Shown here one piece after another: positions 10,388-23,017 of a DNA stretch of 64,000 nucleotides (within the stretch, counting starts at the first letter, position 1; each line of letters opens with the position of its first letter). The stretch is taken from assembly GCF_000143415.4 (NCBI RefSeq), contig NW_003314331.1:855169-919168 (forward strand), in the 5' to 3' direction. Both the position numbers and the translations under genes were made by a program. The notes below the pieces were generated by a model. It had not been told where the DNA came from and made no database searches. It worked only from the letters and a program-made list of their open reading frames with translations. The stretch is from Selaginella moellendorffii. Taxonomy: Eukaryota; Plantae; Lycopodiophyta.

Positions 10388-13084
10388 ATGGCTCCTCCGT
10401 CAGCAGTCACCTGTAAGTCCCGGTGCAATGTCAGTATCACGAAGGGATCTCAACCAAATGGAAAGGAACAAGGCAACCAGGATGCAGAAAAATGTAAGCA
10501 CTACTGTGGCAAATGCACTCACGAGCTTCCTTCTTGCACAGGTCACTCTTTCCACCCTCTGGATCCCTTGCAACCGTCGGAGATTGTAGCAGCAGCGCAT
10601 GTTATCAAAACTGCACTTGCACCAACACTTGTGAGTTCTTTCTCTTTGCACGCAACCTCACGAAAATGGTTCTTACAGGCCAAAAGCGGCGTCATAAACT
10701 TCATCGAGGTGATCCTCGACGAGCCAGAGAAGATGCTGCTTGCTCTGTATCAATGTCAACTCCAAGTGAAACACAACCATCAACAGCTAGTACGTCCTTC
10801 AAGACAAGCAAGGCTGACCGTGTACAATGCACACAACAATGAAACAAGTCTCTGGGTTGTGGAATTACCAGCAGCGCCTAGAGCTCCCAAAGTCTTGTGG
10901 TGCCAGTACATTCCAGACGTCCAGCCTCCAGTGGTAAGTTTTCATAATTCCTTGCATGATAGACAAGAACGTGTAAGTGACCAGCAGGGAACAGAGGAAT
11001 ACGTGCTCTGTGAAGCAATCGTAAAATCGCACAAGCCACTAATAGAGGCATTGAGAAAACGAGGAATCACTAACACTGACCTGATCATGGTGGACACCTG
11101 GTAAGCCTTGCGGAATTCGCTTGTCGGAAACATGAACTTAGTGCAGGTGCACTGGTTACCACGAAGAAAAGGATGCTCCAAGTCGTAGACTGGCGAGACC
11201 GCTTATGTTTTATAGAACTGAGAGCTCCTGTCCGATGGAAAACGGCTACGCGAGACCGATAGAAGGCCTGTCGCTGCTAGTTGATCTCCAGAACATGAAT
11301 GTCGTCGAACTCGAGGAGAGAGAAGCTGCTCCGCTTCCGCCACCAGATCCAATGAGGAACTACACACCAGCTTGTGTTCCAGGAGGCCTCCGAACCGACG
11401 TCAAGCCGTTGCAGATTTTACAACCTGGAGGACCAAGTTTTGAAGTTAATGGATACGAAGTAACCTGGCAAAAGGTAAAGGTTTCTCGAGTGCTCTTGAG
11501 ACTAACCTGTTCGTTTTTACCTCAGTGGTCCTTTCGCCTGGGATTTACTCCACGAGAAGGTCTAGTAATCCACACTGTAGCGTATAGCGACGGTTCTCGA
11601 GGTCCGAGGTCTGTGGCTCACAGGTTGAGCTTCGTAGAGATGATAGTCCCTTACGGAGATCCTGCAGAACCACATTACAGAAAAAATGCTTTCGATGTAG
11701 GAGAAGACGGACTTGGGAGGAATGCTCACTCGCTGAAAAAGGTAGGATGACTAGCAGACATGTAAGCTCACGACCTGTTTGCTTTGGCAGGGATGCGACT
11801 GCTTAGGATACATTCACTACTTCGATGCGTATCTCACGGACCAAAAGGGAGACGTCGAAACACTCGAAAATGCAATATGCTTACACGAAGAAGACAATGG
11901 CATACTGTGGAAGCACAAGGATTGGAGGACAGGTCTTTCTGAAGTCCGAAGATCTAGACGGCTCACCGTTTCTTTCATATGCACTGTCGCAAACTACGAC
12001 TATGGCTTCTACTGGCACTTCTACCAGGTAGATCAACAAGCATCCTAACAATCCAGACTATCACTAAAGCTCCCTACTTAGGATGGGAAAATAGAGGCTG
12101 AAGTGAAACTTACCGGCATTCTGAGCCTCGGAGCGATTCAGCCCGGCGAGCAAAGGAAAAACGGAACGGTCATAAGCACTGGATTATACGCTCCGATACA
12201 CCAGCACTTTTTTGTAGCACGCATGAACATGGCAGTCGACAGCAAACCTGGAGAAGCAGAAAATCAGGTACTTGAAGCTCAATATGAAACTATCACCTTT
12301 CCTTGCCTCGGCTCATTGTTTCTAAGTCCTTGTTTCTCAGGTTGTAGAGGTTAACGTTGTGCCAGAGCCACCGGGTCCAAACAATCCTCATTGCAACGCA
12401 TTCTACGCCAAGGAGACGCTGCTAAAATCCGAAATGCAAGCTCAGAGAGACTGCAATCCTTTATCTGCACGACACTGGATAGTAAGTAGACTCAACAACG
12501 AAGAAAAAACTTCATGCTCGACTTCTATGACAATGCAGGTAAGAAACACCAAAGTTGTGAATCGAGCTGGCGGAAACACAGGCTACAAGCTTGTTCCCGG
12601 AGCAAACTGCCTGGGATTCATCGGCAAGGACGCGATGATCCTGCGAAGAGCCGAGTTTCTCAAGCACAACCTCTGGGTAACCAGCTATAGCAAAGACGAG
12701 CTCTACCCAGCCGGCGAGTTCCCCAAGCAAAACCCCCGCATTGGAGAAGGCCTGCCGACCTGGGTGAAAAAGGACCGCGATCTCGAGAATGCCGACATCG
12801 TCCTGTGGTAATACTCTAGGATCGATCTCTCCTTCCTCTCTTCTCGCAAAATCTCCTAGTTCTCGATCGATGCAACGCAGGTACGTATTTGGAGTGACAC
12901 ACATACCTAGGCTCGAGGATTGGCCCGTGATGCCAGTGGAGCGCATCGGATTCACACTCACGGTAGGAATCCTCGATCGCTTGCTATGGCGCCGCTAACG
13001 AGTGATCGATGGATCGCGCAGCCGCATGGATTCTTCGACTGCTGCCCGGCGATCGACGTTCCCCCAAATCAGAATGGCGCTTAA
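10388..13084 (+). CDS. Copper amine oxidase (CuAO-zeta / N-methylputrescine oxidase-like clade)
   Basis: [14 protein letters not shown] (catalytic Asp), TVANYDYGF (TPQ site), HQHFF and [13 protein letters not shown] (Cu ligands). Multi-exon. Confidence 0.93.
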
Positions 13085-13216
13085 ACCCTAAAGTTCAAAA
13101 CAAATGCCCTTGCTCAAACCCTAAACTTAAAAAAAAAAGCCCTTAGAAGACCCTTAAAAAAATATTCTCACAGACATAGTCAATCGTTTCTTCTTCCTCT
13201 TCCAGTGTTGTATAGA

Positions 13217-14446
13217 TCAGATCTTCGTGGCTTCCTCCTCTTGCTTCTTCTGGGCATCGCGAGCGATCCCTCTCTTGCGAATGTTCAAGCTTGTCTTCAA
13301 GCGATTGGCATCGAGAGTGTGCTCCCGGAACAATCCCCTTATGAACCACAGCAGCGAGTGGAGGAAGTAGGGAGTGACGCGGGCCTCGTAGCCGATCCAT
13401 CGCATCGCGCACTGCGCGTAAGTATCCGGCGAGGGACAAGCAAGGGAAGGCTTTCGTACTCGCGTCATTTTCGTGGCGACATATAGAGGAACCTGTGACA
13501 GAAAAGAACGAGCGATCACTTCCAAAGTTCGTGGAAATGGTCTACTGGTACCTGGCATTGGATGTCGATTCCTACATCCCGGTACTCGACATTCAGTGAC
13601 TTCGAGAATTGGTCGACGAATCTGTGCGAAAAAAAAAGTGTTTTGCAGCTTAGAACAGCGAAACGTAGCCAGAGATCATAGCTTCAAACGGCTGAAGAAG
13701 AAGAAAGGAAGAACAATGAGAGGAGGAAGAACGTACCCTTTGGTCGCCGCGTAGAGCGAGTATAATGGATCCGAGGAGAGAATGGACGCTGCCCCGGAGC
13801 CCATATTGATGATACATCCTTTCCTCCGTTTGAGCATCCCCGGGAGAACCATGTGAACCATTCTCGTCATCGCCTCCACGTTGATCCGGAGGAGATTGGT
13901 GAGGAGCTCGTCGTCCACCTCGTGAAAGAATCGCGCGTAAGGATACGACATACCCGCGTTGTTCACCAGCATTCCCACCTCTAGCCCCTCGATCGCCCGC
14001 TCGACCCTCGACACCTCGGCCCGGAGATCCGGCCCGCAGAGATCGACCACCACGGGGAGATAATCCACGCCCTTGTACAGCGCCTGGAATTCCTGGATCA
14101 TGTCGCGGAGCTTGGATTCCGAGCGGCCGACGAGCACCAGATTGAGGCCGCGCTGCGCGAACTGGTGGCACAGCGCCTTGCCGATTCCATCCGTGCAGCC
14201 CGTGACCAGCGCCCAGGCGCCGTAATCCCTGACATTCTTGGCAGGCCGGAGGAATGCGGCCCAAATCCCAATGGAAAGCGCGTAGAGGAGGCGAAATCCA
14301 CAGAGCATACCGAAGATCGCCAGCGCCTTGACAACGGGGATGTAGTGCTGGACGCATGCGAAGGCGAGAGCTGTGATTCCGATGTTGCTCGCGTTCTCCA
14401 TCAGGAACTCGGACAGGATCTGCGCAGGCCCCGGTGTCGACGTCAT
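13217..14446 (-). CDS. KCR1: Very-long-chain 3-oxoacyl-CoA reductase (SDR)
   Basis: WALVTGCTDGIGK, NNAGMSYPYARFFHEVD, YAATK catalytic motif, QVPLYVATKM exon. Confidence 0.92.
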
Positions 14447-14739
14447 TTCGATCGGATCGATGGAGCGAGCGAGCGAGCGCCAAGCAAAGCGCGCCGAGAA
14501 TAACCTAAGCTAAAGAACTCACACTACTCCACACGACAATCCCCGCCGTTGGCTCCCAGACCATCGGAGCCGTCCACCGCCTTGAGCGCATTCATTGAGC
14601 GCCCAGAAGTTTGGTCTGTGACCTATTTAAAAGCGTCGGATATTCCCTTCAACGGCCAGCTTTTATTCCTTGCCAGCTGGGCACCTCTCTCTCGAAATTT
14701 TGTAGGTTCTTGCGAGTTTTCTTGGCAGATCGGGGAGAT

Positions 14740-15646
14740 ATGGGCAATCCGGTGGGGCTTCCGCTACTCCTGGCGATCACTAGCGTCATCGCGACGGCAT
14801 TTAAGTGGCATTCCGCGCCTCACAAGGTGCCATTCTGGTGGAATCTGCAGGGTAAAATCCATAGATTTCTATCGGCATTGTCTGATATCTAGATCTTCTA
14901 GGGCATCCCGTGGCCTGGGCGCCGCGATGGATCGGTCTCTTCGCGCTCCCGGTGCTCCAGTTCCTGATTCCATATGTCATCTATCAATTCGCCGCGCGCG
15001 ATAGGGATCTGGAGCGACAGGGGTGAGTGATTTCTCCCAAGTCTTCCAGATCTAGCACGGGAAATTTGATCGTCTGGGTGGATTTCCAGCGGAGAGTCAA
15101 AGCACGCGGCAGCCCACGTGATCTCCGTGCCGGCATTGTTCCTGTTCTTCGTTCACATTTTCGTGATCTTAGATGCGGCAACGAGTCCCAGCCATGACTT
15201 TCATCCTCGTCTCTTCGTTGCGAGCATAGCATTGTGGCTACTCTTCTGGTTTGGATATAACATCCAGGTACCGTCGAATTTTCATGCCTTGATCTTTCGT
15301 GGTGTCATGCGATTTCTTCTTTGATTCTTCCAGTATGTGGAGTTTAATTCCACCATTGGCATTCTAACACCATGGACAGTATCAAATTCTACTGTCTGGA
15401 AGCAAACCCAGAATCATGCAAGTACGTGAAATTCTTTTGGTTCCTTTGGTTTTTTTTAACAAAACTTTGTGTGTAGGTGTGATTCTTATGTTGTTTGGAA
15501 TCATATTACTCATTGTTTCGCTGGTGTGCCCCTTGGGAACTGGATTTCTAGTGACAACTCTAGTGCTTATGTTTGCTCCTTTCTTTTATTTCCTGATTTA
15601 TTCTTATTGTATCTTATCAAACAGTGGCGAACCATTACTACCTTGA
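14740..15646 (+). CDS. DUF1648/SdpI-like multi-pass membrane protein, 5 exons
   Basis: Exons 14740-14851, 14902-15022, 15090-15267, 15334-15421 and 15478-15646 splice in frame with GT-AG. Product contains KVPFWWNLQGHPVAWAPRWIGLFALP (DUF1648-like) and GYNIQYVEFNSTIGILTPWTVSNSTVWKQTQNHA (SdpI-like). Confidence 0.75.
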
Positions 15647-16524
15647 ATAATACAATATATAAGTAACCATATAATTGCATCTATCTTCACTAAATAGCAC
15701 GCCATACATCTGGACGAGGAGATTTCGCAGGAAGACGCTGTTCTTGTGGTCCCTGGGAAGGATCTAGGCGTGGATCTGGCGCGCCATCGCTGGCATTGTC
15801 GCAAGATGTGACGAGGGCGGCAAGCTCTTATGCGCATCGCATCATGGCCGTTGGATGATGGGGACGTCCGGGCAGGTTCTAGCTTCCATGGTCCAGCCAC
15901 GATGTTTTTCATGGCACGCGGCGAGAACTCATCCCCCATCGCTCAGCTGCACTCCAAATGCCGGAGGCAATCGCGATCACAATTAACTTCCTGCACACAA
16001 CTGGAGGGTGGTTTTCAGGGCGATGGATCAAAGGATATCATCTCCTAATGTCTTGCGCAGCTTACGTTTGGGTTGAGCGTCTCAGCGGCAGTGCAAGATC
16101 CATCCTATCCGGTAAGCTCTTATTCCGTTTGCTCTCTTCTTGTTTCTTCTTTTCCAGTTGTGAGTTTTCGATTATGTTGACACGGTTGTGATGATCGGAC
16201 AAGCCAGCACTTTCCAAAAGGACAGCACTATCCATACTTATGGAAACATCGTCTACATGAAATGCACATCTACTATACGATCTACATCTCGGACGTCTGT
16301 CCTAAGTCCATCTACAGGTACAAGAAAACTCATTTACATTTTGGACAGAACTAAACGAGTGGAAAATAGGTGGCCATAGAGACTGGAACCCTCCAAATAC
16401 GCTACGTTCCAGCTGATAGTCGTCAGCTGCTCTATACCGATGGCTTTCCAGTAAGAAACGTGTTTAACCGTGTTATATGCGCTTGCTTCAATGGAGCGTC
16501 CAACACCGCTCAAACAGGAGGCTT

Positions 16525-16600
16525 GGACATGCGAGTGATAGTAAGCAAGATAAGCGGGGTCTGACCTGAGGTTCTGCTCCGCCTCCACCACATCCAGCAG
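16525..16600 (-). pseudogene. Pumilio (APUM1-6-like) motif fragment; also ~21610-21690, ~31650-31730, ~52240-52320
   Basis: [20 protein letters not shown] resembles the conserved [17 protein letters not shown] motif of plant Pumilio proteins. No Puf repeats present. Confidence 0.6.
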
Positions 16601-16849
16601 CTGATATCTCCAGAGGATCTCAAGGTCTGTCAGTCTTTCTCCTCGAGTTTTAACAAGTTTGTCCTTTTACTGAGATCTTGGTTATCTCTTAAGGTTTCTA
16701 AGCAATGCACGGCGTTATTGCTTTCTACAAAGACACCACGAGAGTCCTTGTTAACGCTCTTGGATTTCAAACTTATGGAGGCACACGTCTGGGTGGGATG
16801 TTTTGTCAGAAATCCTGGAGGTCTCGAGTTTTCTTGACTTTTAGTTTTA

Positions 16850-17730
16850 GGGAAGGTCAGGTATGGACGTCCATGAGCAAGATGAGACTGCAGTTTCGCA
16901 ATGGTTTCAAGAAGCATGAGCCGCAGGTCTTCGAGATCATAACCTTTCCAAAGTTTGGCATTGGACAGCGAGCGTTTCTCATCCAGGCTCAAGGTGTGTA
17001 TGTTTGGAGCTATGGCCGTTGTGCATTTTTTATGGTTTTTATGTTTTTGATAGAGGGAAACATACTGTGGGACTGCATCTCATTTCTAGACGATGCCACA
17101 GTGGAGATAACCAAGTCACTAGGTGCATTGAGAGCGATTGCCATCTCTCACCTGCATTACTACAGCACAAACTCTCGATGGAGCGAGGCTTTTGGAGGCG
17201 TCCCGGTTTACACCCACGAATGGTATTGTCTACCTTTGTTTCTCTCTTTCATTTCGATCTCTCTGTATCCATACTTTTGCAGAGTGGTTTACCAGCACGA
17301 AAAGGTTAAGTTCTACTATGGGAGGGACTCACGCTTTTAGCCATTTTGCTGTTGCACAAATCCTCCACTGGTCTCATGGAGCTCAAGGGAGAGGTTTTTT
17401 ATTCACTGGAGATATCTTACAGGTATAAACTTCTGTCGTTTACGAACTTTGTTTTCGTTTTGTTTTCCTCACTCCATGTTTGATTTGTAGGTGGGGATGG
17501 ACAACAAAACAGTGAGCATAATGAGATCGTATCCAAGTTATATACCACTCTCGTCCATGTTTGATTTGTAGGTGGGGATGGACAACAAAACAATGAGCAT
17601 AATGAGATCGTATCTAAACTATATACCACTCTTGTCAAGCCACACTAAAAGGATAGGCCAGGTGATCGAGCCATGGGATTTTGGGAGGCTCTACGTTGCG
17701 TTTCAGGACAGAGAGGATGACGCTGCTTAA
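16850..17730 (+). pseudogene. YmaE-like metallo-beta-lactamase-fold hydrolase, copy 1
   Basis: GQVWTS..PKFGIGQRAFLIQ, GNILWDCISFLDD, AIAISHLHYYST..WSEAFG, LFTGDILQV, SIMRSYPSYIPL. Spliceosomal introns, internal deletion, ~81-bp duplicated last-exon start, no N-terminus. Confidence 0.75.
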
Positions 17731-17936
17731 GCATCACAATTATCGATTGACTCTCAAGTAATGAATCAGACTGAAACTCGAGATGTCTTTCTGATTATGA
17801 TTTGCCATAACATTGTTTCCAAAGCTAAATTGGACATTTGTTTTTGTGAGGGAGACAGTGACACAATCAATTTAGAGTGAGCAGTGTTACAGCATACACA
17901 GTGGATACATGAGTTTCTTTTTACAAGATCTTTTGT

Positions 17937-18581
17937 CTAACTTTTAAGCTTCTCCAATGCTTGTCTTACATCTTCAACTCTTGCAATTTCCTTAAGCAGG
18001 TTGCTTATCTTCTTCAATTCATCATATTTATGCCCTTTCCTGTTTTTGAATGCACGGATGACAATTCCATTGCTGGGCTGCAAGCAAAAGGACTCTGGCT
18101 TGTCGTCCACGATCACCGTGTGTCTCAGGTCCCGCCCTAATCTTGAAAGATCTTTCACAACCTTTCTCCCTCCCACTTCCTTGGGCGAGCATGAATCTCT
18201 GTAGAGGCGATGGGTGAAGAGATTCCCAGCTGGGTCGAGCCTATCCAATATCCTGTCTGCATAAGGCTTCACCGCTCGAGTAAAAACCACGATCTCATAT
18301 ATCTCACTCATCTCATTTAGAAATGTATCCACACCCGGCCGCTTTGCGACAAGGTAACGCTGCAATGGAAGAGTCTTCCCACTGAAGAGCTTGAGGGACG
18401 CTGTAGCCTTGTGGGCATGGATTAGTGTCTCGTCCATGTCTAACACAAGCGTCGGTTTCTCCTCCAAAGCTGGCGGTAGTAGTGGAGAACTGTGTGTCAC
18501 CTTTACCTTTTTGTTCTTTACTTTGGTCACCATGTCGAGAGTTGCAAAACTCCAATCGCCATATTCTCTCGCCCTCTTCAT
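17937..18581 (-). CDS. NIF/FCP1-homology (SCP1-like) HAD phosphatase, copy 1
   Basis: Intact 214-aa ORF with LVLDMDETLIH (DxDxT), KRPGVDTFL and VKDLSRLGRDLRHTVIVDD. Confidence 0.85.
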   Translation of the reverse strand: MKRAREYGDWSFATLDMVTKVKNKKVKVTHSSPLLPPALEEKPTLVLDMDETLIHAHKATASLKLFSGKTLPLQRYLVAKRPGVDTFLNEMSEIYEIVVFTRAVKPYADRILDRLDPAGNLFTHRLYRDSCSPKEVGGRKVVKDLSRLGRDLRHTVIVDDKPESFCLQPSNGIVIRAFKNRKGHKYDELKKISNLLKEIARVEDVRQALEKLKS

Positions 18582-19231
18582 CGCTGTGATAAAAAAGAAA
18601 GAAAGAACGCAAGCCCTAATTGTAAAGGATCTTTATAAATCAAATTAAATACACTTTACTAAATATACCATAATTCTGGCCGTAGAAAATTTCATGGATT
18701 TTTTCTCTCAGGCTCGCTGGTTTTGGAGGTGGGAGCGTTGTCCCGCTTAAATGGCAATCCACAGTTTGAGAGGAGTACGCGCAGTACTAGTGAACTGAAC
18801 TTACTGGGAACGAACCTTGACATAACTGAAGATTTGTTCGATTGCATATTCTGGAACGCAGAGAGAGTTCAGTAGCTTTGGTTCTGACCTCCAGCATGGA
18901 TGTAAAGCGGATTTGAGTCACTGAAGGCGGAAGTTTGCCGGCTGAGAAAGAATCCAACAGCTCCAAATTTCCTTTAGCTCCAATCTAAACTCGCCTCAAG
19001 ATGTTCGTCTTTCGATTCTGACTTGAGCATTGAGAACGTGTGTTTCATTGTAGATCATTCCAACCATGGTGGTGAAACCATGGTTATCAACGTTAAGGTG
19101 CTACTACTGCCACTGGAGTAAAAGTTTGTGCGAGCTTTTGTGTGAGTTCGTGCTCTTGGATCTTTATCTATGGGAGATTGCCCCCTTTGTTTGCTCAATC
19201 TATTCTCTTTTCTCTTGGCTCTCCAGAAATT

Positions 19232-19486
19232 ATGGCTCCTACTCGAAAGCTTGTGCTTGCATCGCTCCTCTCATGCCTGGTCATCGCTGCGGCTTTTGCT
19301 GCTGCAGTTTTGTTTAGTTCTCTCTCCAAAATCTCGATAGTTTCTGTGTCCACACCAGCGACGACCATGGCGATCCATCAGCAAACTACAGTGCTCAATA
19401 GTATAACTCTCTGTGTGTTTTCCATGACGTTTTTTCTGTGGATCTTAGCCTTCCTTTACACGGCTAGGCCATGTTTTGTTCTTTGA
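19232..19486 (+). CDS. Small hydrophobic peptide (signal peptide + C-terminal TM); copies start at 24302, 29375, 34340, 38545, 42772, 53684 (frameshifted), 57956
   Basis: MAPTRKLVLASLLSCLVI(A/T)AAFAAA..LCVFSMTFFLWILAFLY, preceded by an apparent 5'UTR intron (gtgagt..ctccag). No family recognised. Confidence 0.4.
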   Translation: MAPTRKLVLASLLSCLVIAAAFAAAVLFSSLSKISIVSVSTPATTMAIHQQTTVLNSITLCVFSMTFFLWILAFLYTARPCFVL

Positions 19487-19519
19487 AGTTAAGCTTGACT
19501 CGAGAAAATAAAGTGGTCA

Positions 19520-19781
19520 AGAAGTGGATGATCTTGCTCGCCGGGTCCACTCTGCTGGATTTGTCACAGTCTTCGCTGGTTGTGAATTTCGAGTCGGAGG
19601 ACACGTTCATTGACCCTGAAGGCAGCGCTCGCAGCAGTGGAAGCGTATACAATTTCTAGATTTTGAGAAGCACTGTTTTCTGCTACATTTCAAGTGGCTT
19701 GCAGATCCGTGGTGGTATGAACTTGGGGAACGTGAAGTCCTATCTCGATACTGGGGCGAGTCATGTGTTGTCACCTCGGTA
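19520..19781 (+). pseudogene. HISN3 exon 3/4 fragment on + strand; also ~24590-24851, 29660-29921, 43045-43308, 50920-51182
   Basis: [19 protein letters not shown] plus degenerate GLQI.GG.NLGN.KSYLD.GASHV, matching the intact gene at 60316-61595. Confidence 0.85.
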
Positions 19782-19809
19782 AGTGTTTTACATCAGTCTT
19801 GGAATTTAA

Positions 19810-20860
19810 CTCTTAACATTGTGTGTGTGAGACTAAGTCTTGCTCTGGCATTCTCTCGTGAGCAAGGAGCGCGATGCAATCGTCTGGATGGCAATGGTGC
19901 CAGCTTTTGCTCACAAGGGACTCCTCTTGGAAACTTGAGTTTGGTGCCCGGAAGAGGCTCATCGCTTCTTGGAGGTGGCCAATTCCAGAGATAGGCCGAG
20001 AGGAGCACTGTGCGCGCCATCTTGCTCTTGTAAGGCATTCGATCGTAAATAAACTTTGCATTTTCAAGATGGTTTCTAGAGGTGAGCATATGGATCATTG
20101 TTGCCCAAGAGATGAGCCATCTTTAGGAAGGAATCTAGTGCCTCGTCCAAATGCCCATTCGAGGCATATGCGGCAAGCATGGAGTTCCAAGCCACCACGT
20201 GCCTCTCAAACAAACATTTAGCCTCCTCCAAGCAGCCATGAGGTGCATAGCCGTCGATCATAGCCGTAAACGCCACCTCATTAAGATCCGGGGCATCTTC
20301 AAAGAGATTCTTTGCTTGCTCCATATGCCCGGCGTTCAAAGAGATCTTTGGCTTCATCCAGCCGCCGGTTCTGGCAGTGGCCTTGGATCATGGCCGTCCA
20401 CGGCGCGTGAGAGATGCCCGTTATGGGCATATGGCACGATCATGGCCGTGCTAGAAACCAGGGTTTGCTCCGGCATGGAGTGGAATACCGCCTCCGCCTC
20501 GCCGAGATTGCCACTCGGCGAGTACATCTGGATCATCGCGTTCCAGGTGATGGAATTCTTTGCAGGGATGCGATCGAAGAGCTGCTTGGCGCGCTGCACG
20601 TCCCCGGCCGCGGCGTATGGGCGTTGCCGCGGTATGCTTTCCAGGACCGATCGCGCCTGCTTCAGGTCGTGGTTGCGAATGTAGGCCTGGAGGGTGAGAT
20701 TCCAAGAGAAGAGATTGGGATCCGAGGTAGAATCGAAGACCGATCGCGCTTCCTCCAGGCAGCCGCAGCGGCCATACATCTGGACGAGGAGATTTCGCAG
20801 GAAGACGCTGTTCTTGTGGTCGCTGTGAAGGATCTGGGCGATGGATCCGGCGGCCATTGT
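19810..20860 (-). pseudogene. PLS-class PPR gene fragment; also ~24880-25930, 29960-30925, 51220-52128
   Basis: NLLVQMYGRCGCLEEARSVFD, ITWNAMIQMY, VAWNSMLAAYASNGHLDEA; broken by stops and deletions. Confidence 0.85.
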
Positions 20861-21456
20861 CGCAAGATGTGACGAGGGCGGCAAGCTCTTATGCGCATCG
20901 CATCATGGCCGTTGGATGATGGGGACGTCCGAGGTTCAAGTCCTGGCAGGTTCTAGCTTCCATGGTCCAGCCACGATGTTTTTCATGGCACGCGGCGAGA
21001 ACTCATCCCCCATCGCTCAGCTGCACTCCAAATGCCGGGCGCGCTCGTCAACGACACAATTAACTTCCTGGACACAAGTGGAAGAGAGCAGGCTGGTTTT
21101 CCGGGCGATGGATCAAAAGGATATCATCTCCTAGTGTCTTGGCGCAGCTTACGTTTGGGTTGAGCGTCTCAGCGGCAGTGCAAGATCCATCCTATCCGGT
21201 AAGCTCTTATTCCGTTTGCTCTCTTCTTGTTTCTTCTTTTCCAGTTGTGAGTTTTCGATTATGTTGACACGGTTGTGATGATCGGACAAGCCAGCACTTT
21301 CCAAAAGGACAGCACTATCCATACTTATGGAAACATCGTCTACATGAAATGCACATCTACTATACGATCTACATCTCGGACGTCTGTCCTAAGTCCATCT
21401 ACAGGTACAAGAAAACTCATGTATATTTTGGAGAGAACTAAACGAGTGAAAAATAG

Positions 21457-21648
<192 letters not shown>

Positions 21649-21939
21649 TGACCTGAGGTTCTGCTCCGCCTCCACCACATCCAGCAGCTGATGATATCTC
21701 CAGAGGATCTCAAGGTCTGTCAACCTTTCTCCTCGACTTTTAACAAGTTTGTCCTTTTACTGAGATCTTGGTCATCTCTTAAGGTTTCTAAGCAATGCAC
21801 GGCGTTATTGCTTTCTACAAAGACACCACGAGAGTCCCTGTTAACACTCTTGGATTTCAAAGTTATGGAGGCACACGTCTGGTGGGATGTTTTCTCAGAA
21901 ATCCTGGAGGTCTCGAGTTTTCTTGACTTTTAGTTTTAG

Positions 21940-22810
21940 GGAAGGTCAGGTATGGACGTCCATGAGCAAGATGAGATTGCAGTTTCGCAATGGTTTCAAG
22001 AAGCATGAGCCGCAGGTCTTCGAGATCATAACCTTTCCAAAGTTTGGCATTGGACAGCGTGCGTTTCTCATCCAGACTCAAGGTATGTATGTTTGGAGCT
22101 ATGGCCGTTGCGCATTTTTTATGGTTTTTATGTTTTTGATAGAGGGAAACATACTGTGGGACTGCATCTCATTTCTAGACGATGCCACAGTGGAGATAAC
22201 CAAGTCACTAGGTGGATTGAGAGCGATTGCCATCTCTCACCCGCATTACTACAGCACAAACTCTCGATGGAGCGAGGCTTTTGGAGGCGTCCCGGTTTAT
22301 ACCCACGAATGGTATTGTCTACCTTTGTTTCTCTCTTTCGTTTCGATCTCTCTGTATCCATACTTTTGCAGAGTGGTTTACCAGCACGAAAAGGGTAAGT
22401 TCTACTATGGGAGGGACTCACGCTTTTAGCCATTTTGCTATCCTCCACTGGTCTCATGGAGCTCAAGGGAGGGGTGTTTTATTCACTGGAGATATCTTAC
22501 AGGTATAAACTTCTGTCGTTTACAAACTTTGTTTTCGTTTTGTTTTCCTCACTCCGTGTTTGATTTGTAGGTGGGGATGGACAACAAAACAGTGAGCATA
22601 ATGAGATCGTATCCAAGCTATATACCACTCTCGTCCATGTTTGATTTGTAGGTGGGGATGGACAACAAAACAGTGAGCATAATGAGATCGTATCTAAACT
22701 ATATACCACTCTTGTCAAGCCACACTAAAAGGATAGGCCAGGTGATCGAGCCATGGGATTTTGGGAGGCTCTACGTTGCGTTTCAGGACAGAGAGGATGA
22801 CGCTGCTTAA
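21940..22810 (+). pseudogene. YmaE-like MBL-fold hydrolase, copy 2 (others ~26997-27865, 31978-32848, 52559-53250)
   Basis: Same as copy 1 but with the SHPHYY motif. Confidence 0.75.
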
Positions 22811-23017
22811 GCATCACAATTATCGATTGACTCTCAAGTAATGAATCAGACTGAAACTCGAGATGTCTTTCTGATTATGATTTGCCATAACATTGTTTCC
22901 AAAGCTAAATTGGACATTTGTTTTTGTGAGGGAGACAGTGCCACAATCAATTTAGAGTGAGCAGTTGTTACAGCATACACAGTGGATACATGAGTTTCCT
23001 TTTACAAGATCTTTTGT

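Noticed and set aside
13650-14503. Alternative-frame and antisense ORFs over KCR, calmodulin and racemase
   Set aside because: Expected shadow ORFs of GC-rich coding sequence.
17474-17635. CRISPR-like or regulatory direct repeat
   Set aside because: A simple ~81-bp tandem duplication of an intron-exon boundary, with no spacers.
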